Source: Eledone cirrhosa (lineage: Eukaryota). Taken from it: 64,000 nucleotides of DNA. This document shows, piece after piece, positions 58,015-64,000 of this stretch (positions are counted from its first letter, which is position 1; each line of letters starts with the position of its first letter). The stretch covers positions 84,692,001 through 84,756,000 of the forward strand of contig OZ024747.1 of assembly GCA_964016885.1 (NCBI GenBank), read 5' to 3'. Made by a program: the position numbers and the translations under genes. The notes under the pieces were generated by a model. The model was not told the origin of the DNA and searched no databases. It saw only the letters and a program-made list of their open reading frames with translations.

Positions 58015-58329
58015 GTAAGTTCAGTTTTGCAATCACCTCTATCTCCCCCTTCTCCCCCCCCCCCCCTCACTCTCTCTCTCTCTGTTTTCTATATTACGTA
58101 CAAAGACAGCAATTTGTGAGGGGAGGAAAATCAGAAGTCGATGAAATCTACCCTAATACTTGACTGGTATTTATTTTATCGACCTCTGAAGGATGAAAAC
58201 CAAAGTTAACCTCGGCTGGTTTTGAACTCTGATCATAGAAAGTCGTAACTAAATATCGCAAAATCTTTTGTCCGACACACACACATACATATATGTATGT
58301 GTGTGTGTCGGACAAAAGATTTTTACAGC

Positions 58330-58672
58330 CACCAGGTGTTGTGTACGAGGCTGAAAGGACTGAAGTCAGACACTTTTCTCTTCGGCCAATCCCTCATCAA
58401 CTTTTTCAAGTTTCACTTGGAAAGGAAGGTGAGGGTGGGGAGAGAAGTGCTACCCCCTAGTAAATTTGCTAAAAGGTGGGTGAATGTTGCAAGGATGGCC
58501 CGTGTGAGTGGGCCTGCTCTGACCTTGCGCCTGTAGGCTGGCTGATTTGGAGAGGAGCGCCCTACTCGAGTGCCTTCGGAGTGTCGGGTGGTTCAGGATT
58601 GGTGGGGTTCCTGAATCGCTGTTGGGTGGTTCTCCCCTCCATTGGGGAATTTGTATTGTTATAATTATATTG
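58330..58672 (+). mobile_element. Tx1-like LINE 3' end fragment
   Basis: TRLKGLKSDTFLFGQSLINFFKFHLERKVRV...RWVNVARMARVSGP. Confidence 0.88.
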
Positions 58673-58675
58673 TTT

Positions 58676-59795
58676 ACTAGCAGAGGTACCCGGCGTTGCT
58701 CGGGTATTAAATAGCAGTTATGTATACCATTTATGTCAATACTTCAGTACTGTTTCGAAAACTCTACTTTTACAAAATCATCATTTTTTCAAAAAGGGGG
58801 TTCCTGCCCCCAGGGGTCCCCTACTCAATATGTGCCAATTCTGAAAGTTCACATTCATCTGTAGAACAAACGTAGCCCATGTGCCAAGTTTTGTGAAAAT
58901 CGGTTGCGAACTCCAGAAGTTATGACGTTTTGTTGCATTGCACTGCAGTTCTTCAGTCGACTCCAAGGAAGCGGTTGAAGGGGGTTATCTGCCGGGAGGC
59001 CCTATAATCAATATCTGGAAAAATGAAAGTACCCATGACCATCCGGAGTACATAAGTAACCTATGTCTTAAGTTTGGTGAAAATACTGTAGAAATGCATA
59101 AGGTTTACACACACACACACGCGCGTGTGTGTGTATGTATTTGTGTGTGCGTATGTGTATGTTCGTCGGCGCATACGTATGTACTCGCCTAAATCTTCAC
59201 TATTTACTTTTACTATGTTAAGGCAAAGTTAAAATCCCGTCGAGGTTAACTTTGCCTTTCATCCTTACGGGGTCGATAAAATAAAGTACCAGTAATGTAC
59301 TGGGTAATTTGCTGGCCTTGTGCCAAAAGTAGAAACAACTATTTTAATAACCTGTCATTTTCGTTTACAATTTTATTTACATCATTCTTAAACTCCGGGG
59401 CTGGAAATCATTCGGTTATTTTAAATAGAATATTAGTCTAACGACTCCATTTACACCATAAACTTGGTCTTGTCTTTGCATGAAATTGTTCTTCTCGGTC
59501 CACCGCGTCGTTTATACGTAACATAAATAGATAAGCAAATGACGCCATAAAAGGGAAATAACTCGTCTCTCATCTCTATTTATACATTTGAACTGAAAAA
59601 TCAATACATTACAAATTCGATTTTTGCACTTGGCGTGGGTCGATTTGAACATTTTTTTGACCGATGTCTTCGCCGGACCTTCATCTACGAGTGTAGCAAT
59701 TTCACCGAAATTTGAACGCACGGTTTAGGAGGAGATGTGTGCCGACGGTTTTAGTAGACAGTCAGACAGACAACCTCAGTTTTATATATATAGAC
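58676..59795 (+). mobile_element. Non-autonomous Helitron/Helentron-like sequence, interrupted by a SINE fragment at 59232-59342
   Basis: 5' TACTAGCAGAGGTACCCGGCGTTGCTCGGGTA hairpin, internal CCAAGTTTTGTGAAAATCGG and 3' (CAGA)n...TTTTATATATATAGA, features recalled for Lep1/DINE-like elements. Confidence 0.5.
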
Positions 59796-59872
59796 TAGCA
59801 GAAAACCGCCCACCGTGTGGTTTTCTGCTAGTATATATATATATTACACACACAGAAATGTATATATATTTC

Positions 59873-59925
<53 letters not shown>

Positions 59926-60338
59926 CACACACAGAAATGTATATATATTTCTGTGTGTATATATATATATTTCTGTGTGTGTATATATATATATATTACA
60001 CACACACAGAAATGTATATATGTTTCTGTAGCACTTCTCAATTCCCCCCTCTCTCCCTCCCGCTATCCCCCTCTTGTAGTCTGTCTCTTTCTTTCACTCT
60101 CACTCTCTCTCACGCGTGCGCAAAAAACATTCGCACGCGCGCACGTGTTTCCACTGTCGGACAGACAGACAGAGAAATTGCTGGTTATATATTATAAGGA
60201 GATTGTTATTGCTTTTTATATTGTTTACACGATGTGTTTTGTGAAACTCCCACTGTGCCTGTCTATTATATTGTCCCCTACATGTCAGCCCCGATGACCA
60301 TTAACGAAAGTATTATTATAATAATAATAATAATAATA

Positions 60339-60385
<47 letters not shown>

Positions 60386-60594
60386 ATAAGCAGTATCGGT
60401 AGAGCGTTGGATACCATGCTTTGTTCATAGAGTTACGGCCCTTTACTTTCTTAGTTCAAATCTGGCCGAGATTAGCTTTAGCTATCATCCTTACGGGCAC
60501 GGGGTCGATAAAATAAAGCACCAGGGGTCGATTTAATCGACTTCCCCCTCCTCTTCAAATTGCTGGCCTTGTGACTAAAGTAGAAACAACAACA

Positions 60595-60600
60595 AAAACA

Positions 60601-60633
<33 letters not shown>

Positions 60634-60844
60634 GCTGTTGCTGCTGCTGTTGTTGTTGTTGCTGCTGCTGCTGCTACTACTACTACTACTACTACTACTA
60701 CTATTACTACTACTACTACTGCTGCTGATACTACTACTACTACTACTACTACAACCTCCACCACCACCACTACTACTACTACTACTGCTGCTGCTACTAC
60801 TACTACTACTACTACTACTGCTGCTGCTACTGCTGATGCTCTGG

Positions 60845-60902
<58 letters not shown>

Positions 60903-60905
60903 AGC
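60595..60905. repeat. (CTA/CTG)n trinucleotide repeat, extending a SINE tail (SINE 60390-60590)
   Basis: Direct reading. Confidence 0.95.
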
Positions 60906-60976
60906 AGTAGCATCATCATCAAAAAAGAGAGATTTATGATGCATGTGTTAACTGATTTTCCTTTTTATCGTTCCAG

Positions 60977-61080
60977 CTAAATCTTGTTTGTGAGAAGAGT
61001 ATTCTGGCTAATCACAGTATGACATTCTTCTTTATGGGGTATCTTTTTGCCATGCTTATATGTGGAATTTTGTCAGACAG
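60977..61080 (+). CDS. SLC22-like gene, coding exon 3 (104 bp)
   Basis: TTCCAG|; LNLVCEKSILANHSMTFFFMGYLFAMLICGILSDR; |GTAAAT. The NLVC and G-x-LSDR motifs and the 104-bp size are typical of SLC22. Confidence 0.95.
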
Positions 61081-61113
61081 GTAAATATATAAGAAAGTTT
61101 CATTCATGAAAAG

Positions 61114-61151
<38 letters not shown>

Positions 61152-61156
<5 letters not shown>

Positions 61157-61561
61157 GGAGGTGAGTTTTATTGTAGTACAATAAAGCAATGCAGATATCG
61201 GATAAGAAGCACTCTACAGTTTGTAGGACTGGAGTATACATAATATAAGATCAAAAGATGGTTAAAGGAGTTCCATGTATTTTATTATGCGCATTTCAAA
61301 AACAAACATCATCATGCAATAATATTTGTGTTTTCATCAGATAAAACAGGAGAACATGATATGAAGGCTAAAAAACACTTGTGGATAGTGCAGTTGATAG
61401 TATGTTGATTTAAAACTGCACTATCCACAAGTGTTTTTTAGCCTTCATATCATGTTCTCCTGTTTTATCTGATGAAAACACAAATATTATTGCATGATGA
61501 TGTTTGTTTTTGAAATGCGCATAATAAAATACATGGAACTCCTTTAACCATCTTTTGATCT

Positions 61562-61569
<8 letters not shown>
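61152..61569. mobile_element. Hammerhead-bearing fold-back element between (TA)n arrays; single-arm copy at 62932-63185
   Basis: Arms 61240-61395 and 61414-61569 are reverse complements; a closely similar direct copy lies 1.78 kb downstream. Confidence 0.88.
61463..61529 (+). ncRNA. Type I hammerhead ribozyme motif (mirror copies on minus at about 61281-61347 and 63062-63128)
   Basis: TTTTAT CTGATGA AAACACAAATAT...ATGTTTGTTTTT GAAAT GCGC ATA ATAAAA; 6-bp stem I, long stem II, palindromic stem III ATGCGCAT. Confidence 0.75.
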
Positions 61570-61620
<51 letters not shown>

Positions 61621-61765
61621 TGGTAACACAACAGTTAGTTCACCATACCGAGAACAATTGTTTCACCTTAGCAGATCCTCAGTTCGTAATGGTCATGGTT
61701 TTACGGATAACTATTGTCCCATGGACTGATTGCTCTACCACTAGGGATATTACCTTCCAGTGTTC

Positions 61766-61880
<115 letters not shown>

Positions 61881-61901
61881 TATATAATATATATATATAA
61901 T

Positions 61902-61936
<35 letters not shown>

Positions 61937-62004
61937 TATATAGCTATCATCCTTACGGGCACGGGGTCGATAAAATAAAGCACCAGGGGTCGATTTAATC
62001 GTGA

Positions 62005-62042
<38 letters not shown>

Positions 62043-62088
62043 TATATAATATATATATATATATTATATACATATATTATATATATAT

Positions 62089-62205
<117 letters not shown>

Positions 62206-62214
62206 ATAATATAT

Positions 62215-62257
<43 letters not shown>

Positions 62258-62258
62258 T

Positions 62259-62297
<39 letters not shown>

Positions 62298-62498
62298 GGA
62301 AAATGTTTGACCACGACGGCAGAGCTCAAGCCGTTTCGACAGCTAGTTCTGGACTCAGAGGCCAGAAATAGCCGTTGAAACGGCTTGAGCTCTGCCGTCG
62401 GGGTCAAACATTTTCCTATTACCCACTCTACTACCCTAAGTATTGAGTACTCTAGTACGTTATGGTCCATCTAGTTCCTTACCACACCTTCTTTGTTA
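62298..62498. mobile_element. Fold-back element of the 17053 family
   Basis: 62298-62416 is an inverted repeat; the tail matches 17190-17320. Confidence 0.82.
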
Positions 62499-62509
62499 TA
62501 TATATATAT

Positions 62510-62741
62510 ATAAGGAAAAAAAATGAAATCAATAATGCAACTGGAGTCTTTTTAAGAATATTTATTTGGTTCCTTTACCGGTTTCGCTTTTCAAAAGCAT
62601 AAGAACTGCGAAACCGGTAAAAGAAGCAAATAAATATTCTTAAAAAGACTCCAGTTGCATTTTCGATTTCATGTTTTTTCCTTATACTTTCACTCGTGTA
62701 GGACATGCCGTTTTTTTTTCATTTTGAAAAAAAACACTCAT

Positions 62742-62750
<9 letters not shown>
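62510..62750. mobile_element. Fold-back element with a hammerhead 3' half; family also at 57240-57395
   Basis: 62510-62685 is an inverted repeat centred on TACCGGTTTCGC...GCGAAACCGGTA; the tail CACTCGTGTAGGACA recurs inverted at about 57300. Confidence 0.8.
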
Positions 62751-62798
<48 letters not shown>

Positions 62799-63184
62799 CG
62801 GAAACTTGACGTGTTTATATGACTATATAATCAATGTGTATATTTAAATGCAAATTTACGCTGGTGCTGCTAACTTTGTACCAAATGTGTACAGATATGA
62901 ATCTATTATATATATATATATATATATATATGTGTAGGAGGTGAGTTTTATTGTAGTACAATAAAGCAATGCAGATATCGGATAAGAAGCACTCTACAGT
63001 TTGTAGGACTGGAGTATACATAATATATAAGAACAAAAGATGGTTAAAAGAGTTCCATGTATTTTATTATGCGCATTTCAAAAACAAATATCATCATCCA
63101 ATAATATTTGTGTTTTCATCAGATAAAACAGGAAGACATGATATGAAGGTTAAAAAACACTTGTGGATAGTGCAGTTTTAAATC

Positions 63185-63275
<91 letters not shown>

Positions 63276-63305
63276 TATTAAATAAATTTACTTCATCTTT
63301 TACAG

Positions 63306-63460
63306 ATTTGGCCGCAAAAAGGTGATCATTGTCTGTTTGCTACTCCAAGGAACAACTGGTATAATATCAGCGTTGCTATCCAACATCTACGTCATATATG
63401 GGCTACGTTTTTTGACTGCTGTTGGTGGAGCAGGATCTTACGTCCCTTCCGTTGTTTTTG
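63306..63460 (+). CDS. SLC22-like gene, coding exon 4 (155 bp); the gene continues beyond the window
   Basis: TTTACAG|A; completes the DR-FGRK MFS motif; FGRKKVIIVCLLLQG...LRFLTAVGGAGSYV; |GTAAGA; phase consistent with exon 3. Confidence 0.95.
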
Positions 63461-64000
63461 GTAAGAGAAAACAAACATAAATATACTTCGTTATTTTATT
63501 ATTTTATTATAATCTTTATTTACTTATTGATTTCAGCCTATTACTCTTTAATTGATTTCAGTCATTATATTTGCAGACATTCTCAGACACATTGATCGAT
63601 GGTTTTAATTGATCTTACACATACACACACACACACATACGTATTGGAAGTGGTCTATCTTTTCCCTCATCTGTCCATGTAGTTGAATGGTTGGGTGCTA
63701 GGTTTCTGTTCGTTAGGTGATTGTTGGTGTAGTCTTCTGAAGACCTCTGTTTTACATGTTTTGAGAGTTAGATCTAAACGTTCATATATCTCAGGTAAAA
63801 AATATAGGCGATCGTCTGTAATTCTAGTGAATTAGCCCCAGGCATTCTGGTCCTTAGTCCATCATGGTTGAATAGCCTGTCATCTGTGTGGTATAGGATC
63901 TAGACACCATATGAATAGTTTTTCATGTGTGGTATAAGATTTAGGCACCAGATGAGTGTTTGCTGATAGGAAGATGGGGAGGCCGTAAAAGATACCATGC

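Noticed and set aside
57745-58119. 124-aa standalone ORF
   Set aside because: Only 57792-58014 is coding (exon 2, bounded by splice sites).
60555-60944. Poly-T/V/L ORFs resembling a mucin or membrane protein
   Set aside because: (CTA)n repeat in an intron; open in several frames on both strands.

Overview
Repeat-saturated, AT-rich animal genomic DNA. The SINE families and dense (TA)n/(CA)n arrays suggest a cephalopod such as Octopus, which is an inference. There is one host gene: the first four coding exons of a + strand SLC22/organic cation transporter-like MFS gene (30996-31138, 57792-58014, 60977-61080, 63306-63460), with a 26.7 kb first intron; the gene continues past the window end. The rest is mostly mobile DNA. 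It includes a young Ty3/gypsy element with most of gag deleted (8023-11999), two young non-autonomous LTR elements with tRNA-Trp-like primer sites (5070-7182 and 43958-46653), and a degenerate gypsy pol. It also includes a full-length Tigger DNA transposon (20651-23224), a near-intact Tx1/L1-like LINE inside a (TATC)n array (31521-37348), fragments of RTE, R4 and CRE-like LINEs, Helitron-like pieces and more than 20 tRNA-derived SINEs. The most striking signal is several unrelated small non-coding element families that sit in (TA)n arrays. They carry minimal type I hammerhead ribozyme motifs and are arranged as fold-back inverted repeats or tandem units, consistent with Penelope-like pLTR or retrozyme-type elements. 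Most ORF-track entries are microsatellite artefacts. All coordinates and alignments were read by eye.
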